A stretch of DNA of 63,948 bases, counting the filler, from Octopus bimaculoides (lineage: Eukaryota): the NCBI RefSeq assembly GCF_001194135.2. It is 4 parts of 3 records of this genome, joined end to end, with 100 filler letters (N's around TTAATTAATTAA, not from the genome) between each part and the next. Parts side by side here need not be neighbours in the genome. Positions count along the whole stretch, not along the records: positions 1 to 19,995 come from NC_068981.1; 3 more parts are not named here. The stretch is one strand, 5' to 3'. Made by a program: the position numbers and the translations under genes. Shown here one piece after another: positions 1 to 11,447 of this stretch. The notes under the pieces were generated by a model that was not told the DNA's origin, did no database searches, and saw only the letters and a list, made by a program, of their open reading frames with translations. Numbering within the stretch: the first letter of the stretch is position 1; every line of letters begins with the position of its first letter.

Positions 1-310
1 ATGTATATATGCATGCATGTATGCATGTATGTATGTATGTATGTATGTATGTATGCATGTATGTATGTATGTATATATGCATGTATGTATGCATGCATGT
101 ATGTATGTATGTATATATGCATGCATGTATGCATGTATGTATGTATGTATGCATGCATGCATGAATATATGTATGTATGTATGTATGTATGCATGCATGC
201 ATGTATGTATGTATGTATGTATATATGCATGTATGTATGCATGTATGTATGTATGTATGTATGTATGTATGTATGCATGCATGCATGTATGTATGTATGT
301 ATGTATGTAT
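1..310. repeat. (ATGT/ATGC)n tetranucleotide microsatellite
   Basis: Direct read; explains the three MYVC-type ORFs at 1-442. Confidence 0.97.
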
Positions 311-556
311 CGATGGTTGTGTATATGTTATATGTCTACTCCATCCCTCATATATATATTAATAAAAGTATGCCCTATTATATATCCATTACGGCCGATC
401 TCATTAATTCATTTTGCACGTGGTTTTAAAACTGGACGTTAGATAACAGCACGGTCAAGTAGTACTGGTTAAGTAATACCGCAGTGGTGGCAGATAAGGA
501 TTCTAACACGAATATTTCCTCCTTTTCATTTTTCTTTTGGACTTCCCTATGCCTCC

Positions 557-594
557 TGTTTCCGAAGAAGAGCTTTTGCTCGAAACGTATAACA
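557..594 (+). ncRNA. Degenerate minimal type I hammerhead ribozyme motif (Penelope-like terminus)
   Basis: tgttt-CCGAAGA-A-GAGC(tttt)GCTC-GAAA-CGT-A-taaca. Core U4 is C and stem I has a mismatch; stem II and palindromic ACGU stem III are intact. Confidence 0.5.
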
Positions 595-1216
595 ACCATT
601 CTTTCTTTCCTGCTCTCAGCGTCTTACTTATACTCTGCATGTACCATGTTCTCGCGTTGTCTTTTTCTTGTCTTTTGTTCTCCGTTTTATTTATTAATTA
701 TATATATATATATATATATATANNNNNNNNNNNNNNNNNNNNNNNNNNNNNNNNNNNNNNNNNNNNNNNNNNNNNNNNNNNNNNNNNNNNNNNNNNNNNN
801 NNNNNNNNNNNNNNNNNNNNNNNNNNNNNNNNNNNNNNNNNNNNNNNNNNNNNNNNNNNNNNNNNNNNNNNNNNNNNNNNNNNNNNNNNNNNNNNNNNNN
901 NNNNNNNNNNNNNNNNNNNNNNNNNNNNNNNNNNNNNNNNNNNNNNNNNNNNNNNNNNNNNNNNNNNNNNNNNNNNNNNNNNNNNNNNNNNNNNNNNNNN
1001 NNNNNNNNNNNNNNNNNNNNNNNNNNNNNNNNNNNNNNNNNNNNNNNNNNNNNNNNNNNNNNNNNNNNNNNNNNNNNNNNNNNNNNNNNNNNNNNNNNNN
1101 NNNNNNNNNNNNNNNNNNNNNNNNNNNNNNNNNNNNNNNNNNNNNNNNNNNNNNNNNNNNNNNNNNNNNNNNNNNNNNNNNNNNNNNNNNNNNNNNNNNN
1201 NNNNNNNNNNNNNNNN

Positions 1217-1268
<52 letters not shown>

Positions 1269-1617
1269 CACACACTCACATACACATCTACATTCATACC
1301 TTCAACCTTTTTCCTATGCTACTCATTTGCTATAATTCTCTCTATTTCTCTAAATCTCTACTGAACCCCCATGCCGCACATTCATCAGGAATCTACACCT
1401 CCAACTCACACATTTCGGTTCTACCTCACCTCCAAGCTGCTAGTAAACTTCAGTACACTTCTCACAATTTCCCTTCTGAAGCACAAGTCCGGGCAAGGTT
1501 GTTTATGGAAAACCAGGAGCCTCCATACCAGTACCCCTCTCCATACCACCGATATTATTCAAGGGAAAGGTAAAGGTTGATAAACCTTGGCACTAGTGAC
1601 GTCGCAGCTGCCTTCTA

Positions 1618-1747
1618 CAGCTGAGTGAACTGAAGCAACGCGAAATAAAGTGTCTTGCTCATGAACACAACACACAGCCCAGTCTGGTAATCGAACTCAC
1701 TACCTTATGATTGTGAGTCTGACGCTCTAACCACTGAACTCTGCACC
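1618..1747 (-). mobile_element. tRNA-headed SINE, family D-like, diverged
   Basis: Same order of motifs as 10856-10973 (GAGCAACGTGAAAT..AAGTG..TTGCTCA.GAACACAAC..AATCGAA..CTAACCACTGA). Confidence 0.7.
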
Positions 1748-2244
1748 AACATTATTTTATATATGTGTATTCTTTGATCGTAAGCAAACCCCTCTACATC
1801 AGAGAAACACATTCAGACAGCTAAGAATCCAAGATAGACAGTTTTCATCTCTTTTCTCAACTTTTCTCTTTAAACTTTATTCTATTCACACTTAGTTTTT
1901 TTTTTTTTTTTACCTGAAATCTTGCCAACCAATACCCAATAAAAAATATGTTCTATCCCTTTTATAACTTAGCTAACATTTTCATCACGCCCAGACTTCT
2001 TCATACAACTCTGGAAAAGTAGTGAACGAAAAGGCTTTAAAAAATTTCTTGGTGTAAATTTCATCTGTATGTTACAAAGTTACAGTAATAAGACAAAATA
2101 TTTTGAAAGCATTCTCATTATATCGTAGCAATTATAAATTCATACTTGGTCATTAGTACCTATAATTCTATTGGCTATATATACATACACGTATATAGAT
2201 TTATACATATTAAAACATATATGCATATATATAGATATGTACGT

Positions 2245-2599
2245 GGAGGCGCAATGGCCCAGTGGTTAGGATCGTGGCATCGACTCCCAGATCGGGTGTT
2301 GTGAGTGTTTATTGAGCGAAAACAACCAAAGCTTCACGAGGCTCTGGCAGAGGGTGGTGGCAAAACCTGCTGTACTCTTAAACCCCAACTTTCTCTCACT
2401 CCTCCTATTTCTGTTGTACTTGTATTACACAGGGCCAACCTTGTCACACTCTGTGTCACGCTGAATTTCCCCGAGAACTACGTTAAGTGGGGTACACGTG
2501 TCTGTGGAGTGCTCAGCCACTTGCACGTTAATTTCACGAGCAGGCTGTTCCGTTTATTGGATCAATTGGAACCCTCGTTGTCGTAACCGACGGAGTACC
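2245..2599 (+). mobile_element. tRNA-headed SINE, family C, near full length with a deletion in the head
   Basis: Head GGAGGCGCAATGGCCCAGTGGTTAGG (box A-like). Body matches antisense copies at 38160-38315 and 63476-63532. Confidence 0.85.
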
Positions 2600-2729
2600 G
2601 TAGTAATAGACATGTACACATACATGTATACATATATGCTCATGTACACGTAAGTACACACACATGTATACATACAATCACGTGCACACATAGTTATCTC
2701 TCACACTGTGTGTACATATATTCTTTGTT

Positions 2730-2930
2730 CTTTAACTTGTTTCGTACTGCAGTCATGCTGGAGCACCACGTTTAGTCGAACAAATCGACCCCAGGACTTA
2801 TTCTATGTAAGCTTAATACTTATTCTATTGGTCTTTTTTGCCGAACCGCTAATTACTAGGACGCAAACACACCAACATCGGTTGTCAAGCGATGGTGGGG
2901 GAACAGACACACAACTATATACACACACAC
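2730..2930 (-). mobile_element. SINE family B, 3' half
   Basis: Aligns by eye to 61929-62110 (GCTGGAGCACC..TTTAGTCGA..AAATCGACCCCAGGACTTATTC..GCCGAACCGCTAA). Confidence 0.85.
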
Positions 2931-3305
2931 NNNNNNNNNNATATATATATATATATATATATAGGTATAGATTTAGATATGTACATTTCAAATATGAGTT
3001 TAAAGGGACATATTACCTTGGTGGGTACCGTATTTTCTCTCAAATCTGCTTCAGATGCCGGCTAATCACAACGGTCCGTATGCTGTACTCTAGCTAACAA
3101 TGAGTTGTTAGGCACTGGTAACTTCTCTCATTGGGTAACTCCGTGTGTCTTGTTCAGGACTGCATATATTCCGTTGAGTAATTTATAATATTAATAATGA
3201 TAAGGAGTATGGAGATTTTTCACATCCATAAATTTTATTTAACAGTTATTTATTCTCAGCATTTATTCCGCACGACTCTACCGCAACGTATCATCAGATG
3301 AAAGG

Positions 3306-3639
3306 ATGAATCTATATGAGCAGAAGACTATGCATGGATATGTTAGTAGAAAGCTCCGTGATGATAGTAACATCGATCATCAAAGCAGTTTATTATTGAC
3401 CAATAGCTGGATTACACCTATGCTGAATATTGAGAAATCTGTGGTTACTCTATCCAGATTACAAGTTCAGGTTTATACTTGTAATTATTGGGGTCCTGGG
3501 ATATGTAACACACTGACTAAATACCAATTTTGAGAAATTCTCAAAATCAGAAAGGAGAAAGCTAATTTGAAAACTACAGATCCAGTTCATCACTGGAACT
3601 GTAAAAATCTGCAAGACTTTCCAGAAGTTTATCATTTAA
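3306..3639 (+). pseudogene. RLE-type non-LTR retrotransposon (R4/Dong/NeSL-like) fragment, internally deleted
   Basis: YEQKTMHGYVSRKLRDDSNIDHQSS followed by YPDYKFRFILVIIGVLGYVTH*LNTNFEKFSKSERRKLI*KLQIQFITGTVKICKTFQKF, typical post-RT and C-terminal RLE segments, with stops. Confidence 0.7.
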
Positions 3640-4118
3640 ATATATATGAGCATGTCTAGATATGTAACTNNNNNNNNNNNNNNNNNNNNNNNNNNNNNNN
3701 NNNNNNNNNNNNNNNNNNNNNNNNNNNNNNNNNNNNNNNNNNNNNNNNNNNNNNNNNNNNNNNNNNNNNNNNNNNNNNNNNNNNNNNNNNNNNNNNNNNN
3801 NNNNNNNNNNNNNNNNNNNNNNNNNNNNNNNNNNNNNNNNNNNNNNNNNNNNNNNNNNNNNNNNNNNNNNNNNNNNNNNNNNNNNNNNNNNNNNNNNNNN
3901 NNNNNNNNNNNNNNNNNNNNNNNNNNNNNNNNNNNNNNNNNNNNNNNNNNNNNNNNNNNNNNNNNNNNNNNNNNNNNNNNNNNNNNNNNNNNNNNNNNNN
4001 NNNNNNNNNNNNNNNNNNNNNNNNNNNNNNNNNNNNNNNNNNNNNNNNNNNNNNNNNNNNNNNNNNNNNNNNNNNNNNNNNNNNNNNNNNNNNNNNNNNN
4101 NNNNNNNNNNNNNNNNNC

Positions 4119-4193
4119 CCTAATCCTAACCCTAACTCTAACCCTAACCCTAACCCTAGGGTTAGGGTTAGGGTTAGGGTTAGGGTTAGGGTT
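4119..4193. repeat. Interstitial telomeric repeat, (CCCTAA)n-CCCTAGGG-(TTAGGG)n palindrome
   Basis: Direct read. Symmetry centre at 4157/4158; left end cut by a gap. Confidence 0.95.
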
Positions 4194-4872
4194 AAAGCAA
4201 ATTTAAAATGAAAAAAGCAAATAAAACGAAGAATCGTTTGTTTATGTAGTCGGCACTTAATGTATATCGGCTGAATGGACGTCAGTGATTGGTTGAAATT
4301 ATCGAAATAAGACAATTTTTTACATGAAATAAATTCGAATACAAAAATATTTTTCTGTTCTATAACACAAAATAGATAAGTATACGAAGTTTGAAAGTCT
4401 TTCGGTACCAAAAACACTACGTAAAACATTAATGAAAAATGTGGCCCCCGTTTTAAAAAAGATCCACCGGTTCTTTCTCTATTGACAAGAAATCTTGAAA
4501 TAAACTGTATAATGACATTCATACAAGTATGTGTGAGTGTATGTCTGTGTCTGTGTGTTTATAGAACAAAGTAAGAACACTCAGTAACAAAGGTTAAAAT
4601 ATGCTTCCTAAAATCTAAATGAAATTAAAAAGTTAATAAAATGGAGCAAAATTGGTAGAAATTGCATAAAATTAATTATGCATGTTTGAAAAATCTAATT
4701 AAGTGACTTACAGATTTTCATATAAATTTAGAGACCATGTCTAGACATGCAAGTTGTTACATGGATTACAATTTTACTCTGAATGTTACTGTCCCTACGC
4801 ATTTTGCTGTGAGCTGTAAGGCTAGTTTTAGATACTTTCAGATACTTTCCTGTAGCTAATATACAGCAGGCC

Positions 4873-5047
4873 TTAGGGTGGCGAGCTGGCAGAATCGTTA
4901 GCATGCCGGGCAAAATGCTAAGCAGCATTTAGCCTGTTGTTATTATTATTATTATTATTTTATGTTTGACTTTTGCTTTGCATTTGTACAAGTTGGATCC
5001 AAGTCTCACCCAGAGACCTCGAGAGACAACAAGTTATTATTATTATG

Positions 5048-5103
<56 letters not shown>

Positions 5104-5215
5104 CATTATTACTAGTGCTGTTGTTATTAAGGCGGCGAGCTGTCAGAATATTTAGCACGTCGGACAAAAATGTTTAGCGGTATTTCGTCCGTCTTTACGT
5201 TCTGAGTTCAAATTC
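4873..5215 (+). mobile_element. Two SINE family A 5' fragments (4873-4935, 5129-5215) separated by (ATT)n
   Basis: GGCGAGCTGGCAGAATCGTTAGC..CCGGGC.AAATGCT.AGC and GTTCTGAGTTCAAATTC (box B-like). Confidence 0.8.
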
Positions 5216-5290
<75 letters not shown>

Positions 5291-5633
5291 GAAGCAAATA
5301 TTCATATTGATCGCGGTGTAATTCAGAAAAACTGTTTACTTAAGGAGATCAATTCGATGCGTTACATCGTCTACAAACTTCACAACCAATGTCTTCAAAG
5401 AAATTACTATAGATTTATCTGTTTGTTCACATTTTGCATATCCTGAATTACGCTACTGTGTTCTGTATAAGTATATATTGTTTAATCAACTATTCGGTCG
5501 AATGACGCTTTATATGGAAATAAAGAAAGCTATTAATATGAAAACAATACATACATACATTCATACATACATACAAACATATATTTTAAAAGATTAATAC
5601 GGAAGACGGAGTGTAACAAGAAGCATTTATTAG

Positions 5634-5736
5634 CACAACAATCGTTTCGGCTTCATACTGCACTGCTCCCTAGTGGGCGTGGAATGATGCAGTAACACCA
5701 GATGCAGTGCACAGCGCAAATTAGCTTCCTCAGGTG
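5634..5736 (-). ncRNA. Type I hammerhead ribozyme motif with long stem II (left-arm copy)
   Basis: Minus strand: CAC-CUGAGGA-A-GCU..AGC-C-GAAA-C-GAUU-G-UU-GUG. Confidence 0.6.
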
Positions 5737-5898
5737 ACATAAGATGTTTCACGATTTCACAGACTTACATTTCGATTACGCTTCAAGTTATATGATGGTG
5801 GTGAGAGATTCTAGCAGTTCCGATCCATTTGTTAGAGTCATATAGAGCTTGAAGCGAAATCGAAATGTAAATCTGTGAAATCGTAAAGCATCTTTTGT

Positions 5899-6002
5899 CA
5901 CCTGAGGAAGCTATTTTGCACTGTGCGTTGCATCTGGTGTTACTGCATCATTCCACGCCCACTAGTGGAGCAGTGCAGTATGAAGCCGAAACGATTGTTG
6001 TG
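5899..6002 (+). ncRNA. Type I hammerhead ribozyme motif with long stem II (right-arm copy)
   Basis: CAC 5899-5901, CTGAGGA 5902-5908, stem II includes TGCACTG/CAGTGCA, GAAA 5988-5991, stem III closing loop GATT, triplet GUU 5997-5999, GTG 6000-6002. Confidence 0.6.
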
Positions 6003-6217
6003 TTAATAAATGCTTCTTGTTACACTCCGTCTTCCGTGTTAATCGTTTAAAATATACCTTACGCGCGCCTTGAAATTTGAATGCACAGTATCGCTGATGA
6101 CGCTTCGTAGCCATAAGTGGTGAAAGTGCACTACCTGGGACTTACCCAGAAACAAGGTTTGGATACTGCATTTAACACCTACTTTCTAAACCTTAATTGC
6201 TTAATTTTTAATTCGAC

Positions 6218-6260
<43 letters not shown>

Positions 6261-6841
6261 CATACACACACACACACACACACACNNNNNNNNNNNNNNN
6301 NNNNNNNNNNNNNNNNNNNNNNNNNNNNNNNNNNNNNNNNNNNNNNNNNNNNNNNNNNNNNNNNNNNNNNNNNNNNNNNNNNNNNNNNNNNNNNNNNNNN
6401 NNNNNNNNNNNNNNNNNNNNNNNNNNNNNNNNNNNNNNNNNNNNNNNNNNNNNNNNNNNNNNNNNNNNNNNNNNNNNNNNNNNNNNNNNNNNNNNNNNNN
6501 NNNNNNNNNNNNNNNNNNNNNNNNNNNNNNNNNNNNNNNNNNNNNNNNNNNNNNNNNNNNNNNNNNNNNNNNNNNNNNNNNNNNNNNNNNNNNNNNNNNN
6601 NNNNNNNNNNNNNNNNNNNNNNNNNNNNNNNNNNNNNNNNNNNNNNNNNNNNNNNNNNNNNNNNNNNNNNNNNNNNNNNNNNNNNNNNNNNNNNNNNNNN
6701 NNNNNNNNNNNNNNNNNNNNNNNNNNNNNNNNNNNNNNNNNNNNNNNNNNNNNNNNNNNNNNNNNNNNNNNNNNNNNNNNNNNNNNNNNNNNNNNNNNNN
6801 NNNNNNNNNNNNNNNNNNNNNNNNNNNNNNNNNNNNTACTT

Positions 6842-6926
6842 ATTCCTGATGAAGGAGACTTTGTCAGTGTGAAACTAAAGGATTTATACCTTGTTGACTA
6901 ATGGACTCCAGAAACGGCTGTCGAAT
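6842..6926 (+). ncRNA. Type I hammerhead ribozyme motif with GUC cleavage triplet
   Basis: ATTC-CTGATGA-A-GGAG..(GTCA/TGAC, AAGG/CCTT)..CTCC-A-GAAA-C-GGCT-G-TC-GAAT. All three stems form; A/A mismatch at the base of stem II. Confidence 0.7.
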
Positions 6927-7287
6927 TGCTTCATATATGACGTTATAACCCTCTAAAAACGTTTCTTCGGAACTCACCTAAGCTTTTAAATCCATCATTA
7001 GGATTTTTCAATACCGCCGATGTATCTTACAACTTTTAATCCTTAATTCAACGTTTTTTTAAACCTTAAATTTAATATGATTTTTAATCGATATATCAAC
7101 CTTTATTTATTTATCCTTTTCACGTATATTTTTACTTCCTATAATTCTTATTTCTATTCTAAATAATATATGAATGTTTTCCTTGTCTTGCTGTAGTTTT
7201 ATGTTATATGTATTTATTATGTTGATGTAAATCATAACAATAGAATGATTATCTAAATTTCTGTCTCTTCTTAAACCAACTTATATA

Positions 7288-7374
<87 letters not shown>

Positions 7375-8719
7375 TATTATGTACGTATGTATGTATAAAT
7401 ATGTTTATCTATCCATATATATTTGTTTGTATTTATAAACTGTCGCTTCAAATTGGAGAATAAAATATGATATATTATTATACAGTTATTATTATACTAC
7501 GAACCTTCCAGAGTAACTTTCTTTCCGTAACTTACAAAGCCTTTCCCGCGATAAAACAATAGAAGCTAATGAGAGATCTTCCACATTTTACTTGGAAAGC
7601 TTTTAGTCATGAATTGTAATATCTCGATTTTTTTTCGTTTCTGCTTCTAGAACCGTCCTCCCACCATATGTCATGTCCAAGGACTTAAAACATATACCTC
7701 CACTCATCCAACAGACATAGGCAGAATACGTGTGCGTGTGCGTGTTTATGTATGCGTAAACGCTTGTATGTACATACGTACGTATGTGTGTGTACAAACA
7801 AGCATGTACGCTTATATGTATGTGCGGAGAGAGAGAGAGGGACCGATGGGGGCGGCGAGGTACCAAGATAATGAAATACAAAAAGAAAAATCTGGAAGTA
7901 TTTACCAGATATTGATTACTAGAAATGCGAAACAATCTAATCAAAATGTTGTGTGTGTCGGTGACGTAGTGGTGTTAAGAAAGAAAGCAAGGGAGATAAG
8001 AAGAGAAAAAAGAGTAGAGGAAGTAAATATGACAAGTAACTGTTAAAAAGAAAAGAAGTGTTGTTTACAAGATGTATGTAATAAGAACTTCGATGAAAAT
8101 TTAACACTTAGTGTTGCATAAACCGACAGCAATGAAATATCGGAAAGCAATAAAATATACCAAATAAATAAATAAAATGCAGCAGAGAAACTTCAGCCTA
8201 GCAATTAGCAACTTGAAGTAAGATAATTATAAGTGCCAAATGCTAACACTTATACAAACATGACATACCAATTTAGTATGCCGGCTAAACTTGCGAACCA
8301 TTACTAATGGATACATGGATGGACAAATCACTTAAAGTAAGCGTTTAATTAATACTCAGGTAAATTCCTAATGTTAAAAGGTAGAAATTGGACATTTGTG
8401 CAAAAGACATTAAGTAGATTTCCGCAGCGATACTGTTTCGTAATAAATACGTAGAATTACCTTAGAGTTACTTACAAGAATAGCGGGAAGAGAAATAACT
8501 AAAACTAACAAGAATGAAAATAATAAAAGTTGATATATAATGAGAGACTATAACGAAAATAGAAGATGGCTGAATTCGTGAGGTGAGTAACAACAACAAT
8601 AATAACAAATTATTTCTGATTCAGACAACAATTCTGAAAGCCAACAATCCTGAATGGTAGGTGTTAGTGTTTGACTGGGTTTTTTTTTTAAAATTTATAT
8701 CTTATTGACATAAGAGGGA

Positions 8720-9490
8720 TGGAAGATAAAGTTGAGCACTACGGAATTTGAACTCAGAGCTGGAAATGCCGTTAAGCAGTTTTTCTGAAGATCTAATGAT
8801 TCTGGTATCAAGCCAGTCACTTGTGAGGTGGAGAGACAGTCGATTATATGGATTCCACTACTTGACTGGTACGTTATTTTATCGACCGTCGGATGAAAAA
8901 CGACGTTGATTTTGGCTGGATTTGAACTCAGAATAAAAGGAACAGGCGTCAAAAGGCATTTTGTTTGACCCTCTAAAGACTTTGCCATTCCACTACCGTA
9001 ATAATAATTGTTTCCAATTTAGGCGCGAGATCAGTAGTTTCGAGGTGATAGGACTTGTTTATTATGTGAACTCCAGCACTTTTATGACACTATATTATAG
9101 ATTCTGTTGGGATGAAAAACAATGATGACCTCAACGGGAATTGAACTCGAAGCTAGAAGTACTGCGAAGCATTTCTTCCGATGCTCTAATGGTTTTTCCA
9201 ATCCACTGCTCTTCATATCTAGTTTAGGTACAGTACTTAAAACTTGGAGTACAGTGTTGGTCTATACCATTGACCCCAGTAGTTGACTAGTAATTTATTT
9301 TATTGATATCCAAATAATGGCAGTATTTGCGGCTTGTTCGTTATTTGGACCCTATACTGGACTGTATTTTATCGACTTCGTAGGTCGTAGGGATGAAAGG
9401 TAAAGTTGAGCTTAGTGGGAGCTGAACTTAGAGCTTAAAGAGCTCAAATAAATACCACTTTAATGATTCTGCTGATCCACCACCACTTTA
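8720..9490 (-). mobile_element. Cluster of about 4 old, highly diverged SINE family A copies in the same orientation
   Basis: Recurrent TTTTAT.GAC..GGATGAAA..AAAGTTGA..GAATTTGAACTCAGA motif near 8730, 8880, 9110 and 9390. Confidence 0.65.
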
Positions 9491-9777
9491 GTTTTTTACT
9501 ACCATGGCCCACTTGTACATACTACAGAGATGTTACTAAGAGGATACACAAGCATGTAGAAGAGGACTACAAAATTATATTAAAACGAAGATGAATGGGA
9601 AGAGATATTACACATCGCATTAAGACGTAAGAAAAATTTGAATGACACAAAATGATGACGCAAAGATTATATAAAATAGATATGATTAAAAAATATAATA
9701 TAAAGAAACTACCAAAACATTTGCCCATTAGATTAAATTTAAAAAAAAACAGGGAAGGCTACAAGGAAAAGAAAAAT

Positions 9778-9798
9778 GATTATTATTATTATTATTAT

Positions 9799-9840
<42 letters not shown>

Positions 9841-10012
9841 GAGGAGGAGGAGGAGGAGGAGGAGGAGGAGAAGAAGAAGAAGAAGAAGAAGAAGAAGAAG
9901 AAGAAGAAGAAGAAGAAGAAGAAGAAGAAGAAGAAGAAGCTGTAGAACTACAGTAGTAGTTGTAGTAGCACCCGCAGCAGCACCAGCACCAGCACCGCCA
10001 CCAGCAGCAGCC

Positions 10013-10076
<64 letters not shown>

Positions 10077-10090
10077 TGGTGAGGGTGGTT
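9778..10090. repeat. Compound trinucleotide microsatellite (ATT)(AGT)(AGG)(AGA)..(AGC/ACC)(AGT)(GGT)
   Basis: Direct read; source of the poly-S/R/V and poly-Y/P/T/N ORFs. Confidence 0.97.
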
Positions 10091-10601
10091 GTTCAGTAAT
10101 GCACAAACACACAGAATAGTACTTATGGTACCATCACCTGTCGTTAACAATTTTCAGTGTTAATTCAGTATTTAATGAGTATTAATCATAATTAAATTAC
10201 TTTGCTTTGGCCTACATTTGTTTCTTGCGATATTTATTTTCCTCTGTTATATATCATATCATAGCAATATGACAAGATGCCAATGCTGTAAATTAACGAT
10301 AAGCTGACTGCTAACGAAATATATCTCGCGAGTTTGATTTCTGCTCTAAGTCAATTTACATCAATTTATTCATGAACACTTCGTTATATCCAGTTGGAGA
10401 CAACGTTTTAACACTTTGCCTGTCTTGTGTATCACATGAAATCCATAGGTCATGTTTCTTGGTGTCTACGCACCATACATGATACGCATTCGTTTATCTT
10501 TTATCTGTATCAGTCATTATACTGCGGCCATACTGGGCCACCATTTTGGAGAGTTTAGTCGAACAAATCGTCCCCAGTACCTTTTAAAGTCAAGTCCTTA
10601 T

Positions 10602-10838
10602 TCTTATTTCTTTATTGCCCACAAGGGGCTAAACATAGAGGGGACAAACAAGGACAGACAAAGGGAATAAGTTGATTACATCGACCCTAGTGCGTAACTG
10701 GTACTTAATTTATCGACCCCCGAAAGGATGAAAGGCAAAGTCGACCTCGGCAGAATTTGAACTCAGAACGTAACGGCAGACGAAATAGTGCTAAGCATTT
10801 CGCCCGGCGCGCTAACGTTTCTACCAGCTCGCTGCCTT
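10602..10838 (-). mobile_element. SINE family A, full-length young copy
   Basis: Minus strand: AAGGCAGCGAGCTGGTAGAAACGTTAGC head, GTTCTGAGTTCAAATTC box B-like, body GCCTTTCATCCTTTCGGGG, tail TTGTGGGCAATAAAGAAATAAG. Confidence 0.92.
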
Positions 10839-10855
10839 CTTTTTTTTTTTTTTTT

Positions 10856-10973
10856 GAGCAACGTGAAAGGAAGTGTTTTGCTCAAGAACACAACGCGTCA
10901 CCTGGTCCAGGAATCGAAACCTCAATCTTACGACCATGATGCTGACACCCTAACCACTGAGCCACGCGCCTCC
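10856..10973 (-). mobile_element. SINE family D, 5' part
   Basis: Minus strand GGAGGCGCGTGGCTCAGTGGTTAGGGTG (box A) and GGTTTCGATTCC (box B). Confidence 0.88.
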
Positions 10974-10986
10974 ATATTAGTCATCA

Positions 10987-11352
10987 ATGGAACAGCTGAG
11001 CTACTGAGAAAGACTGAAAGAGCTAAGACTCTACTCCCCAGAACGAAGACGGGAAAGGTATGCAGTGATATATGCATGGGAGATCCTGGAGCGGCTGGCA
11101 CCAAGCTTTGGTATCGAGAAGTATACCACCCACCGAACTGGACGTCACAGCACTATTCCAAAGGTCCCAGCTATCCTGTTCAGAGTGAAGACCATGTTCT
11201 ACGATAGTTTGGGATTCAAGAGTCCACAGCTATTTAACGCCTTAACAAAATATCTGTGGGATCTTCATGGAGTAGAGGTAGATGTTTTCAAGCGACAACT
11301 TGATTTCCTGCGATCCAAGGTCCCAGCGGACTGTTACCTAACACTCCGCTGA
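10987..11352 (+). pseudogene. CR1/L2-group LINE ORF2 C-terminal fragment
   Basis: LSY*ERLKELRLYSPERRRERYAVIYAWEILE..SPQLFNAL..VDVFKRQLD matches the family tail pattern (LSYxERL..LYSLERRR..; LFNxL; FKxxLD); contains a stop. Confidence 0.8.
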
Positions 11353-11408
11353 ACACCTAGTGTGAAATTGATTGGTAAGATCGGTCGTAATGGATATATA
11401 ATACTTCG

Positions 11409-11445
<37 letters not shown>

Positions 11446-11447
<2 letters not shown>

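Larger units (their letters stand above)
5580..6056. repeat. Long inverted repeat (arms 5580-5795 and 5838-6056, spacer about 42 bp), Penelope-like pseudo-LTR foldback
   Basis: Arms are reverse complements with scattered substitutions, e.g. ACGGAAGACGGAGTGTAACAAGAAGCATTTATTA vs TAATAAATGCTTCTTGTTACACTCCGTCTTCCGT. Confidence 0.95.

Noticed and set aside
4119-4193. Fossil chromosome end-to-end fusion
   Set aside because: Orientation is (CCCTAA)n then (TTAGGG)n, opposite to a fusion scar.
6094-6133. CUGAUGA..GAAA-GUGCAC-UA hammerhead-like motif
   Set aside because: Palindromic stem III is present, but stem I cannot form and stem II is out of register.
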